From positions 118,732,001 through 118,796,000 of the forward strand of contig CM059432.1 of NCBI GenBank assembly GCA_030390025.1: 64,000 nucleotides of DNA. The letters are read 5' to 3'. The notes under the pieces are model-generated. The model had not been told where the DNA came from, made no database searches, and worked only from the letters and a program-made list of their open reading frames with translations. The number at the start of each line of letters is the position of its first letter. The stretch's first letter is position 1. The position numbers were made by a program, and so were the translations under genes. The stretch comes from Squalus acanthias. Lineage: Eukaryota. Positions 48,550-61,339 of this stretch are shown here, piece after piece.

Positions 48550-50888
48550 GGCCATGATGAGGCCATTTCCTGGCCTCCTGGGCAGCAATTTGCTCCGGTG
48601 CTGGTGTCATCTGGACCTCAGATTCCTCCTGCTCCTCTTCCTCGTCTTCCAGCTGATGCTCCTCCTCCTCTGAAGAGGCTGTGTGCTCTGTGCCTTGCTC
48701 CTCATGCAGCTCTAATCCTTGTTGCTGTGCTATGTTGTGCAGCACGCAGCAGACCACGATGATTCTGGATACCCTGGCTGGTGCGTTCTGAAGGGCTCCT
48801 CCAGATCTGTCAAGGTATCTGAAATGCAACTTCAGCATGCCTATTGTCTGTTCTATGACACATCTGGTGGACATGTGGCTTTCATTATAATGCTCCTCAC
48901 TCTCATGGGTGTCATGCGCCACATCTTCAGTGCATAGCCCTTGTCTCCAAGCAGCCAGCTGGTAAGTGTGTTTGGTGGTGCAAAGAGCTAAGGGAGGGTG
49001 GACTGGCGCAGGATGAAAAAGTCATGACAGCTGCCAGGGAATTTGACGCACACATCCTGTGGTTGCAGATCAGCTGCACATTGAGGGAGTGGAAGCTCTT
49101 GCGGTTCACCAACACTCCTGGGTAATGATGGGATGCCTTGATGGCCACATGTGTGAGTCGATGATACCCTGCACCCATGGGAAGCCAGCCAGAGCAGCAA
49201 AACTGAGCGCTCACTCGCTAACACTGGCTTCATCATTGGCAAAGCTCACATAATTGGTTGACTTGTTAAACATGGCATCGGTGACCTGTGTGATGCATCT
49301 GTGGGAGGCCGACTGTGAGATGCTGCAAGTGTCTGCTGCAGTGAAGGGATAATTACTAGTCCTAGCCCCTTTAGGGCTACCCTGGATCAGGCATATTCCT
49401 CAGACGTTCACTTTCAACTAAAGTTTGAGGTACCGAATCCAAAAGACGCTTAATTGGGTCTAAAGGTCTGGACTATCTCTCCCTAAAGGAAAGGAACAAC
49501 CTGAAAATGTTGCCGTCCTCCAGATAGCACTTTCAATAAGTTTAGCTAGACTGTAACGTTCCAGATATTATGAGGGTCCGGAAAACTCCCCCAGAATTCT
49601 GCAACTCCTCACCAAAGAGTGTACAGAAATTGAGTTTCTGAGTTTGATACAGAAGTCTTATGTGAGACAATTCTAAAAATATATAGATTTATTAAAGAAC
49701 CGACATGTAATTTACAGTTGGTGAGTCAATCGCAACATTAACAGTTCCAAAAAGAGAAAGCTTACAATTCTATTATCAGAGAACCTTACTCTCAAATCTT
49801 AACTTCGTTACAATTTTACAGTTCTTATAGTTCCATTCAGGATATCCACCAAAATTAAATACCTTTGATCCCCGAAGTACAAAGAGTTGGAGACTTACAG
49901 AGCTGCCTCTGAAGCCGAAAATCGTTTTGGCCCTTTAAAACGAGTCTATTATCCCATTTGAGAGTTCAATATTTATACCCTTTTCCAGTAGTATTTCCTT
50001 TAAGGTTTTCTGCTGATGTAAGCTAATTATCTCTAGTCATTTTTCTGCTGACCCCTGCAATTATTACAGTCACCTCAGCTGGTAGCATTACAGAATTATG
50101 TCTCTTCTCTAGGTGTTCTAAGTTTACCACAAAAAACGGTGTTACAGTAGGTGTGTTTTTTACTTGATGTAATTTTTACGAAGGCAGATGTTTCTTACTT
50201 TTATGTGCTTCTTTATGAAGTGTAAATTAGAGCACCTTGTCCAAAGTGAACCATTGTTTCATTCCAAAAGGTTCAGCCTACCGGAGACTTTAACCTTCTG
50301 TTTCAATAAGGTTATTGCTTCAGTGTCAACAACTATCTTATCTCTATAGCCAGAATGCTTTCACAGCTTTTTCATAGTTAGGTTTCTAGATTTCCAAGCC
50401 CAGTTTGTCATGCTTTAATAAGGCTAGAATTCTTTCAAAAGATAGTGTATTTTTCTGAATAGGTTATATGGCTTATTCCTTCACAGCAGATCCTTGGAAG
50501 GAGCCTGAGGTGAAGAAGTTGAGGGTGCTGGTGACTTTGACTGCCACTGGTAAGGAGTGTCCACCAGGTCCTCTGGGCTGCAGGTCTTATTCCAGCAAGC
50601 TGCAAATGCCTGCGATGACCTGGCGTGATTTCCCGAGCCTCCTTTGGCACTGTTGCTCAGTCATGTTGAGGAAGCTCATCCTCTGCCTGTATATCGTGTG
50701 CTGGGGGTATCGCCTCTGGCGCAGTGCAGCCCTGCGCTGGTGCCCTCTGTCCTGTGGAGCATCAGGTTGTTCAGGAAAAGGTTGATGGTGTTATTGCTGC
50801 TGCTTCTGGTGTGCCTGCTGCTGCTGGTGTTGGGGCTCATCCTGGTCCGATTGTGAGGACCAAGGTGAGACAGTATAAGCGGCACATA
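48550..50888 (-). pseudogene. Harbinger DDE transposase, disrupted and split by a solo LTR
   Basis: [39 protein letters not shown] and [15 protein letters not shown]; homologous to 3090-4346. Confidence 0.9.
49342..50485. mobile_element. Solo LTR-like insertion (~1.14 kb)
   Basis: TGAAGGGATAA...TTATTCCTTCACA termini with GCAG TSD; the transposase reads continuously across the site in the ~3950 copy. Confidence 0.8.
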
Positions 50889-52284
50889 TGCTGAGTAATA
50901 GATGGCAGGTCAAGTAGAGATCAGAGTACCAATCTGGCAATATTGTGATAGTTACTAGTGATGTGGTGAGAGTGGCTTCCGAGGTTGCAGAAAAGACTTG
51001 CAATCTCTAGACACCTAAATCGGTGCTCAAAATGGAGTCAGCAAGAGCCTTTCCCATAGGCAAGTAAGCAAGTGTCACGTGGGAGTATTTATTTGGATTT
51101 CCATGTTCTGCATTAATGACCTCGCTCAAAGGCCACTGAGCTTCCACCTCAGTTTGACAGACGTGGTTCCCGAGCTGCGTGATTCCCGTGGTCATCCAGC
51201 AAAATTCAAAAGGTCTGGTTAAAATCTCTGTTAAGGGTCTCACAACATAGATTTAATGAGCTTAATTAGGTCTTGGCCGTTCAGGTCCTTGGTGCACTGA
51301 GATAAAGGCACGAGGAGGCGGGATGACAGCGGGTTCCCAGGGCACTTGCAATATCTGCAAGTTTTGCTGCCAACCTGCCCGCAAACCTGCATGCCCGGCA
51401 GCGGGACAATTCCGTCAAATGTGTTCATAACTTGGACCAAGTGGAAACGTTTGATCTATGTTTTAAAGATATTATGATAATACTATATTGGACAATAAAG
51501 TTCCTCCAGGGCTCATGAATGAGATAGAATGGTAATAAATGGTAATTACTGTGTAAAATTGAATTAGAGCAAGTGATTGAGGATATAAGATAGAAACAGG
51601 GAAAATTACACCACCAAATTAGAATTTTTCTAAAATCATTTTCCTAGGTGATTATGGGGAAATTTCAGGAACCCAAACAGGGGTTAGGAAAAGATTTGTG
51701 AGTGCATCCCTGAGTAACATATATCACTGGGCATGATTTATGAAAGGATTTCAATTTGGTATCGATGTACATTCTATTGAAAATCAGGAAAGAGTAGGTG
51801 AGAATCATTGATTGGTAGGTTTCTCTTGGAGATGTTTGTGTCTTTGCTTCTACTGAACAATGAGAAAAAAGTATTTGCTACCCTGGCCACTACCCAACAT
51901 TGGGACCATGCAAGGGGAAATGAGGAAAGTCCTCTGATCTTTTGGTAAGATAACTTAAAAGCCCAGAAATGGCTTGTATCTGATGTCAAGTGTGGTTAGA
52001 TACTGGGATACCAGTGTTTGTGTAAATTCAATATGTTGCACATGAGGCAACTAGCAAGCAGAAATGCATGGTGAAGATGCACCGAAGAACGGGTCTCAGA
52101 CATGCTCAGTTACTTGTCAACAGCAAGACATAAAATGGTTAATGTGTCTCAGGAGAGTGAGACAACTTTTAATCAAGGCACTGACATATGCTTCATAGAG
52201 AAATTGACTTTTTAATTAAACAATATAGAGTTAAGCACACTGGTACTTGTTAGAGGGATTGAAATTAAAGTAAAGAGAGACATT

Positions 52285-53632
52285 GGGCTGGATTTTTCCA
52301 ACCTCGGCGGGTCCGGGGCGGGCAACATCGATGGCGTGTGGGGACCGCGCATCTGTCTGGATCCCGGTCTCCAACAAGATTTTACGTTGGTTGAGCTTCT
52401 TAAGCCCGCCCTGCGAGGCTCCCGGACAATTAATAGGAATCGGGTCTGATGACGTCATTTGATGACACATCATTTTCCTTAAAGGGGCATTGTCCAAATT
52501 GATTTTGACAGTTGTGCTGTCAGTGTTCTGCAGCATTTAGGTGCTGCAAACACCGACAATCACTGCACAGAGGTGCAGGGCTGCACCCAGGCTCTCCCAT
52601 GACTCCCTCCATATGCTTATGGAGGGAGTCACAGCACGCTGGGAGGTTCTTTTCCCTTCCAATGGGCGGAAGAGACCTCCCCAGGACACCAACGCAACCT
52701 GGTTGCACATTACACAGGAGGACACAAGCAGGAATGTGGTCAGGAGGACCAGGCTGCAGTGGCGCAAACCTTTCAATGATCTCAGTAGATCACGAAACGT
52801 TACTGCAAAGCCACACTCAACCTCATCCTCCTGTGCCACTCATCACATCCCAATCACTTTGCCTTCCCTACCCTACTCCTGCAGATCCTTACTCACACCA
52901 ACCTACCTTCCACCTCCAACCCTCCCTCTCTATCTACAATATCACTTCCCAATCTCATTAGCCACCCATCACACTCACCCTCATCATACTGCAAGCATAC
53001 CAACTAACAACACACAAGGGTAGGCACTTGGATGGTTTAGCTAATGTTCATGTGAAGTTTCTGGTAATGAGCTGTCAAACATTGAAATCTTTATTTTGAA
53101 CACTTTGTGTTCTTGAACAGATGTGTGTGCACCTTTGGAAGTGGGCTTAGTGAGTTGCAGTGAATGGTGAGACATAACGGTACCCCCCACAATGGTGATG
53201 AGTGTGAAAGGAATGGCTTGGACAAAAGTGGGTTCCAAATCATTAATGATCCAGCTTCTGACATTGGAAAGTGACCAGCTGTAAAATGGTAGCTTTTAAA
53301 CCACTTTTGCAGCTGTTACCTGGTCAAAGAAATGGAGAGTTGTACAGAACCCTACATACTTACCTGGTGTGATTCCCTGAACGACGGGAACCTCGTGGCA
53401 AACTTGGGAAAATGCTTTGTGCCTGGTAAAATGGTGATTAAATTGCTTTAAACACCCTCTTAACTAGAACAATTGCATGACCCGTCACTTAGTGCCGGGT
53501 CTGCAAAGCACAGTCAGAGCTGGCACTAGGGAAATTCACAAGGAGGCGGGTTTAGAGCGGATACCGTCCCGCTGTCAATCTTTTTGATTTTGATTCCGAA
53601 CCCACCCTCTGAGTGCCGGCAAAATTTAACAC
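52285..53632 (+). mobile_element. Non-autonomous Harbinger derivative with Myb exon 1
   Basis: Left TIR GGGCTGGATTTTTCC; ORF 52541-53023 (AAPRLSHDSLHMLMEGV..); degenerate right end. Confidence 0.82.
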
Positions 53633-53699
53633 ATAGAATTTGGATTGGTACAATTCAGGGCTAAGCAGAAATAATACTCAGCAAAGATTATTCACAAGA

Positions 53700-53861
53700 T
53701 GGATACGGGTAAAGGGAGAGCTGGAGAATCTTTTAAGTCCATGATTTCTTGATTATGTGGTACACTGTAGCATTTTTGTACAATATATTATGATTTTCAT
53801 TGTCTGCATCATGATGTGTTTCTTGACATGTATGTACTTGGTTCGTGTGTTGGAAACCTAG
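53700..53861 (+). pseudogene. env-like membrane-proximal/TM remnant of outer element
   Basis: WIRVKGELENLLSP*FLDYVVHCSIFVQYIMIFIVCIMMCFLTCMYLVRVLET*, just upstream of the PPT and 3' LTR. Confidence 0.55.
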
Positions 53862-54239
53862 AATTAGCGGGCCTTTTTCAAGTGGGCAAGAGATGAGTCC
53901 GAGTGAGGGGTCAGAGATGGCTCCTCCCCCTCAAGGCCAGGACTGTAAGGCAATATGGGTTTAGAAGGTATTTGGGGAAACAGGTTCGAAAAAATTAAAA
54001 ATTGCAGCCTTGCCTGGAACAGCAGATTCACCTTAAACTGCAACAATTGATGATAGGCTTTTCCAATCTAACGAGTATTCTCTTTATTCCTTTGTCTACA
54101 ACCTCTTTGATTAGTTAATAATATTGGGCCTTGGTAGGCTACATTTAATCTCTTAGCTTTCATAGGCCACAGTTACATTCATTCCTCTAATTAAATTAGT
54201 AAAAAGGACAATGTTTTGAGACTTGATTGTAGTCAGTAA

Positions 54240-55885
54240 TGTAGAATTCGCAAAATTATCGTGATTTTATAATAATAAGAAGGAGACATAAAGTTTCGTA
54301 TAAACAGCTTTATTTCAGCAAAATGCTGTCATGTTTCAAAAAGGACACAAGCAGCCTGTAAAATGGCCGCCACGCCTCGTGGCAGAAGGTTCTAGACTTT
54401 TAGTAGGCAGACAAGATGGCGTTTCAATAAACATTTCAGCAAGATCGGACAGGGCTCAGCACATTTGAGATAATGACAAGACGCGATGGTTTTGCATTTT
54501 TAAACATAAATACTGGAATCGGTCTTCCAGGTACAAACAAGGGCTATTGTACTGGGCGATCAAGGACCCATCCAAAGACATTGATATGCAAAATCCCCAC
54601 GGCTCTACGATGAGAGAGCCGTTCGCGGGTACTCACAGCAAGCATTTGGAAGCCCCCAAAACCCCTCCAGGGAGACTACTAGCCGGTTCCACAATGGGAG
54701 AAATATTAACGGGTACTCAAACAGTTACAAGTGTCACCAAAACCCATTAACGACAAGTACCACCCCATACAAGAAGTTTGAGCGCCAAAAACATGACAAA
54801 AGATGAACATTTAGATTGGGCGGGAGATTAGGAATTACAGTACTATAAACTGTAGTGTCCAAACGTCCATCTTTCTCTTATCCTCTGGCTGTTCATCGTG
54901 CGCTTATTCTTTACCACCGACTGGAGCTCTGGACTCTCTCATTCTCTGATCCGCTGATTTTCCGGGAGTCAACCTCGTGGCTTGCCGCGAAGATCTGTGG
55001 AGAACTGGACTGCGTAGGCCAGTAAGCGGGCGCACCATCCCGAGAAGTCGGTAAACGGTGTCGGATCCGAAGGCCCGAGATGAGATGAGATGAGATGAGA
55101 AGAGAAGAAGACGACTACACGTGCCGCCGTGGTCAGTAAACCCCGACCGCGCCTCAAAATATAAGGACCATTTTTGAATTCTACAGGATACTGCACGAAC
55201 TGGCCCGAGAAGACTATTCTTCGAATTCTACCGACAACTGGTGTCGAGCACAGTAAGACTCTTCTTCGAACTGTATCTGGAGTCCGAGGTCAACACAGAT
55301 CTTCATGACAGCAGACGGTCCAGCCTGCTAGCCGGAGCAGAAGCGAGTAAACAAGTGGGGTACAGAGACCCCTGATCAACACGTGGATAGTCAGGTGCTG
55401 CGGTGAAAACATCCGAGCAGAGTTTCGAAATTCTCCGAATTGTCCCGATTGGTGAGCATGAGTCTCGATCCTACAAATCTAGATTAGGACAGGTATTGAT
55501 AGGGGAGGGTTTATGTTTTAAGGATAATTATAATGTGTGTCCCCTTTTACGATGTGTCGTGCGCTCCTCGTTTCCCTAAACCTAGTTGCATAAATGTATG
55601 TAAGTTTGTAATGTCATTAATCTGTGCTTATGACATGTATTTCGTAATCTTGAATAATATGCAATAAAGATTTTCCATTTCGCACTATTCAACCGGGTCT
55701 ACCTGAGTTTTCTCTGCATTATTGCTCTCGCACCTAAGTCCAGTGTCAGAACCGTAAGGGCGAGTGGGTCGAACCACTCACAGGTGTCTAGTGTTACCAG
55801 GCTGGCGGAAGACCAGAACAGGCAACAAGGCCTAACCCCGCACTAGCACCCAGGCTAAGCACAGAGCCACCCGAAACCCCTTACA
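54240..55885 (+). mobile_element. Solo LTR (~1.65 kb), copy 2
   Basis: TGTAGAATTCGC...CCTTACA with GTAA TSD; the empty site is visible at ~22425. Confidence 0.9.
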
Positions 55886-56147
55886 GTAAAGCTGTTAGTT
55901 TCAAGGTCTGCAGGATGGGCCAATAAGCCAGAGACAATAGAAGCTTGCGATGAGACTGAAGACAGAGATAAGAGGGACCCAATCAACGTCTGTGCCTGGA
56001 CATGTAAATATCGTCAATATGGTTGGGAGGAATATGGGAGAAAACATGATTGGACAAATTCTGCTGCGTTCCTGTTTATGGGGTATAACCAGGGCATTTG
56101 GGACCACTCTCAGCGTAGAAGGTTCAACAGCGAGTACCTGGAGGGGG

Positions 56148-57032
56148 AACAACAACAACTTGTATTTATATAGCACCTTTAACGGAGTAAAACGTCCCAG
56201 GGTGCTTCACAGGAGTGTTATAAGACAAAAAAATTGACACCGAGCCACATAAGAAATTAGGGCAGATGACCAAAAGCTTGGTCAAAGAGGTAGGTTTTAA
56301 GAGCATCTTAAAGGAGGAAAGAGAGGTCGTGAGGCGGAGCGGTTTAGGCAGGGAATTCCAGAGCTTCGGACTTAGGCAATAGAAGGCACGGCCACTGATG
56401 GCTGAGTGATTATAATCAGGGATGCTCAATAGGGCAGAATTTGAGGAGCACAGATAGCTCGGGGGGTTGTGGGGCTGAAGGAGATTACAGAGATATGGAG
56501 GGGCGAGGCCATGGAGGGATTTAAAAACAAGGATGAGAATTTTGAAATCAAGGCGTTGCTTAACCAGGAACCAATGTAGGTCAGTGAGCACAGGGGTGAT
56601 GGGTGAACGGGACTTGGTGCGAGTTAGGACACGGGCAGCAGAGTTTTGGGTGAGTTCAAGTTTATGTAGGGTAGAATGTGGGAGGCCAGCCAGGAGTGCA
56701 TTGGAATAGTCAAGTCTAGAGGTAACAAAGGCATGGATAAGGGTTTCAGCAGCAGATGAGCTGAGACAGGGGTGGAGACAGGCAATGTTACGGAAGTGGA
56801 AATAGGCGGTCTTTGTTATGCCATGGATATGCGGTGGGAAGCTCATTTCAGGGTCAAATATGACACCAAGGTTGCGAACAGTCTGGTTCAGCCGCAGGCA
56901 GATGCTAGGGAGAGGGAGGGAGTCAGTGACTAGGGAACAGAGTTTGTGGCGGGGCCTGAAGTCAATGGCTGCGGTCTTCCCAATATTTATTTGGAGAAAA
57001 TTTTTGCTCATGCAGTACTGGATGTCGGATAA
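56148..57032 (-). mobile_element. L2-clade LINE 3' fragment
   Basis: VRNLGVIFD..AETLIHAFVTSRLDYSNALLAGLP..ITPVLTDLHW; (TTG)n tail. Confidence 0.9.
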
Positions 57033-57237
57033 GGATGAACTGTAAAGGGAACATGAACAGGAGTCACAACTTCTACCCAAGGAATACTGGAGTAATATAA
57101 TTCTCAACTGTACCTTGTAAACTGCTGCTCAAATACTGTATTGTATTAAGTCTTACTTATAATCAAATAAAAACCACCACTGTTACCAATACGGCATCAG
57201 CTTCGGACAATTGGAAAGAGTCCAAAAAGGCTATACA

Positions 57238-57530
57238 TGTCTGCCTTCTCAGGTGAATGTAAAAAATCCCATGGCACTACTCAAAGAAGAGCAGGGGAGT
57301 TCTTCCCAGTGCCCTGGCCAATATATATCTGTCCACCAACATCACTGAAACAGATTATCTGGTCATTATCTGATTGCTATTTGTGGGATCTGGCTGTGCA
57401 CAAATTGGCTGCCACATTTCTACATTACAACAGTGACTACACTTCAAAAAGTACTTAATTCGCTGTAAAGTGTTTTGGGATGTCCTGAGGACATAAAATA
57501 TATAATATACTTGCAATGTATTTCTTTATT
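57238..57530 (+). mobile_element. Deu-type SINE, 3' half (continuation of 21828-21987)
   Basis: TGTCTGCCTTCTCAGGTGAATGTAAAAAATCCCATGGCACTA continues the SINE body as in the intact copy at 17583-18015. Confidence 0.8.
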
Positions 57531-58829
57531 TCTATGTCACCTACAACAGAGCATGGCACTCTGGTATACATCATGACAGTACTGTGTATATAATAGATTA
57601 CCTGTTGTACTAGACCTTTGTACCTGGGCATATATCATGACTGTACCATGTATATAATATATTACCTACAGTATTAGTATACATCATGACTATGTTTAAA
57701 TGTCTCTGTGGACGCTGGCAAGGCCACATTTATTGCCCATTCCTAGTTGCCCATAGAAGGCGGTAGTGGGCCCTCATGAACTGCTGCAGTTCTTGTGGTG
57801 CTGGTGCAACCTTTATGGTTTTGAGTAAGGAGTTCCAGAATTTTTAATCCAGTGATGTTATATGTCCAGGCCAGGATAGTGTGTGACTTGGCAGGGAACT
57901 TCCAGTTGACTGTGTTCCCATGCCATTACTGTTTTTGTCCTTCAGTGGTAGAAGTTACAGGCTTAAAGCTAAGCTTAGTGAGTTGCTGCAGTGCATCCTG
58001 TAGATTGTACATACTGGGGCCATAGTGAATGGGGTGGATATTAAGTCTGGTGGACCCTCTGTCTGGGTGGTGTCAATCTTCTTGAGTGTTGTTGCAGCTT
58101 CACCAATCCAAGCAGGCGGTAAGTATTCCATCACAGTCCTAACTTGCTAATGGTGGAGAGACTGGGATTGCCTGAGTCATTACTAATAGGTCCACTCATT
58201 CGTTTTCTTACTGTTGTGTTTTGTAGGAATGCTGGTAGACCACTTAAGAGGGAATGTGGCCGGATTGGGATATCAGTGAACTAGTGTTCTTTTTTACAAA
58301 AATCTGGCAGCTTGCATGGTCATTTTTCTGGTGCTATCCCACAAATCACGAGATTTATGTCATTGTGGGATTCTGAACTCATGGCCTCGGGGTTGCTCGT
58401 CCAGTACAATGAGGTACGTGCTTTTGATGCATTGCTTTCATTCCTGGATGCAGTAACATGGTGGTCCTCATTGTTGCACAATAGTGCATCTAGAGTGTTA
58501 GTTTATTGACAAGCTGGTGTGGGTGATTATAAGATGTGTACAATACAGAAATGACCTGGAATTGCAGCCTATAGTTCATCCAGTGTTGTAATAAAGCACG
58601 AAGACATTACTATCTGTGCTGCACGGCACAGCCTCAGTAACTAATGACGGTGTCTGGCCCATAACATGTAAACAAGGGAGACAATGCTGATAATTATCGT
58701 TTAGTGTTGATCTTCCTCCAAACTTCTTTATTTTGCGCATATTTTCCATTATTCTTGTTGCCCGTAACTGTGCGCCCGTAGAAACATTCAGGATGTTTTA
58801 TTCAAAGATAAACATCCCAAGGACCGTTA

Positions 58830-61339
58830 CAATTTCAGTCAGCGAAGGAGGCGAGGTTGATTGGAGGCTGGGCTCCAGAATGAACCAAGGCTCCTATCTT
58901 TCACGCTGATGGTACCTGCTTTGCACTCAGCCAGAAGAATTACACCAGGAACGTGCGCAATTTCCGCGAAAACCAATTGCGTTGCGCTATAGGAAGGGTG
59001 TCACCTATACTTCCATGTGCCGACTGCATCAAACATGATTTCGAGGGATGGGGGCAACTGCAGGGGAACTTTCGGCGCTTGCTTGTAACTTGAAGCAACA
59101 CTGAAGCAATGTAGGGTGAGGAAGATCGTTCCACAGTTTAAGCTGGGTCCTTTGCGCTAGAGAGCGCTTAGAGAATAGCGAAAAGTTGCAGCACTCTTCT
59201 CTGCAGAGGGTCGGTGCCTCGGTTGCGAACACGAAGTTCTCCTGTAAATCAGCATTAAAAAAAACAGCACGAAAGATCAGCTCATCGGCACTTGCTTCGC
59301 CCTCCACTCTGCTCCCCACCCCATCGGGTTTATTTTTTTCCCCACAGGATGATGGAGTTGCTTTCACCGCAGTGAGATTGTGAAATACTCTGACCGCCAG
59401 AGGAGCGAAAGATGGAATTGTTTAGACCCAAACCCGAAAAACAGTTCGAGACCAGACAGTACCAATCGTGCACTTCCAACTCTGCACCACTGGACAGGAC
59501 ATACACACACACACACACACATATATATTGATTTATTTGCTATAATGAAAATATATATATAAATATATATAATATACGTGTATATATAAATGTGTGTATA
59601 TATGCATGTATGTCTATATATATAGATTTATTTGCTATAGTACATATATAAATATATAATATACGTGTATCTGTATGTATATGTGTATATACTATATGTG
59701 TGTGTGTGCATGTATGTCTATATACACACACACAAGTAAATCAGAAGGCAAGGGACGATTCAGTTCAACCCATTCCTAAAACGAATATTTCACTCTGTAG
59801 TTGCACATTCCAATTTAGCCAGATCTGTTTAGATGCGGACTGTGTTTTTCTTTAACCAGATCCCTCAGATAGAGAGAAAAAAATATTGTCCAGCGAGTGG
59901 ATGTGCATATATCAACCCAAGAAGTTTATTCTGATTTGGAATAGCGGCAGCCCACTCGCCGGTGAGAAGAATGGCTCGTTGCCGTGACTGAGCACTGATG
60001 TGTGGACTTCGCTGGATGGGGAACATGTCTTTTTGCACAGATCTGTGAATATTTAACGCATTGAGCGGGGGAGTTGGACCGAGTCTGCGGGCTCGGGGTG
60101 TCGCTCAGTTGTGATTCACCGGTGGCATTGCCCAGTTGAGGCTCAGCTTAATATGATCAGGAAAGCCCTGATGTCTCGGGCGAGACATTGCCCAACCTTC
60201 TGCTGTGTCTAGAGAGAGAGAGAGAGAGGGAGTTCGGCGTGAATACTGCGCGGTCTGAATCATAAATTAAAAAAAATCATTTGCAATTGCCGAGGATCGC
60301 GCCATGTTCCTTGACTGCAGATGTAGAGTATTGTGACTGCAGCAAGTTACTGGGTGTCTTGTCATCTCCCCCTTTATCTCTTCTCACCTTTCCCTCTGGA
60401 CCTGGCGGTGCTGTGACTCCAGCCTCCCCCTGGGTTTTACAGTGATCTTTGGCGGCTGGGGTTTTTTTTTTGGTTGTGGTTGTTGATGTTGCCAGATTTC
60501 TATCAAATGCCTCCGTTTAAAATTGAATTCACTGGCATGTGACCCAATCACTTTCCCATCCGCGATCAGAGCTCTCGGTGCCACTGGATTAAAAGGGATG
60601 AACTTTTGTCTTATTGCTGTTGCTGCAGCCGCGGCACGGATGGCGGAGAGAGAGATCCCGGTTCGGCTGGATTGTGGTAGGCCAGGGGGAGAGAGAGGAG
60701 TCGAAGTCTAATGCAAAACACGTCCAACAAACGGGGGAAGAAAAGAGCTCTCGGTGTTCGAGCAAGAGCGATTTCAAGAGGGGGAGGGGGGATTTTAGTT
60801 CCAAGTTGAAGCAAAAAGCCTTTGATTCCCGATTATTGGCGATTGCTAAATGGATCTGTTGGGGTTTTTGACGGATTTTGTTAAATGCGGGTTGAAAGAG
60901 GAGTAATTGTCCTTTTGTACAGCTTCTCCCAGAAGATTGCAAAGGTGGAGCGATCAGAGGGCTGATGACGGACCTATTAATCCCTTTAATGCATCGAAAC
61001 GAGCCAGGGATCGTGGCAACGTCTGTGTGGAAATCATGGGGATATTCTGATCAGCCTAGGGCTCTGAGCGAAACTGCTGGCGATTAGTTTTGGTTGAGTT
61101 TTGAAAACACACACACACATATACATACATAGATCTATATGTATCTACATATATAGTGTTCTAAACGGAGTTGGGATGTGGAGGATCTTGTGTTACCAGC
61201 TTTGCTCCTGAATCCATCCATCCATCCATCTTTCGTCAGCCTGTCAGCCACGCATTGCTTAAATGGAATTAGTTTGGATTGGAGCCCCTTGCATAAGAAT
61301 CAGACATGGTACATGGGCATCGGCTCAGATTGATTCATG
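58830..61339 (+). promoter_or_regulatory. TE-poor, CpG-enriched region: probable host promoter / long first (5' UTR) exon ending at donor CATG|GTAAGT
   Basis: Visibly more CpG than flanks, no TE motifs, microsatellites, consensus donor at 61339/61340. Confidence 0.5.
59500..59733. repeat. (CA)n/(TA)n/(TG)n compound microsatellite
   Basis: Directly visible. Confidence 0.9.

Larger units (their letters stand above)
46092..51417. mobile_element. Full-length decayed Harbinger transposon (Myb/SANT gene on +, transposase on -)
   Basis: Left TIR GGCCAGAATTTCCC, degenerate right TIR GGGACAATTCCGTC; two convergent genes. Confidence 0.88.
21988..57237 (+). mobile_element. Outer LTR retroelement (decayed, env-like remnant, heavily nested)
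   Basis: Two homologous LTRs (TGTAAGG...GGCTATACA), PBS at 41706, PPT-like TCAAGGCCAGGAC before 53944; splits a SINE. Confidence 0.82.
53944..57237 (+). repeat. Outer element 3' LTR (interrupted by a solo LTR and L2)
   Basis: TGTAAGG...CTATACA; AATAAA at ~57166; matches the 5' LTR pieces. Confidence 0.87.
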
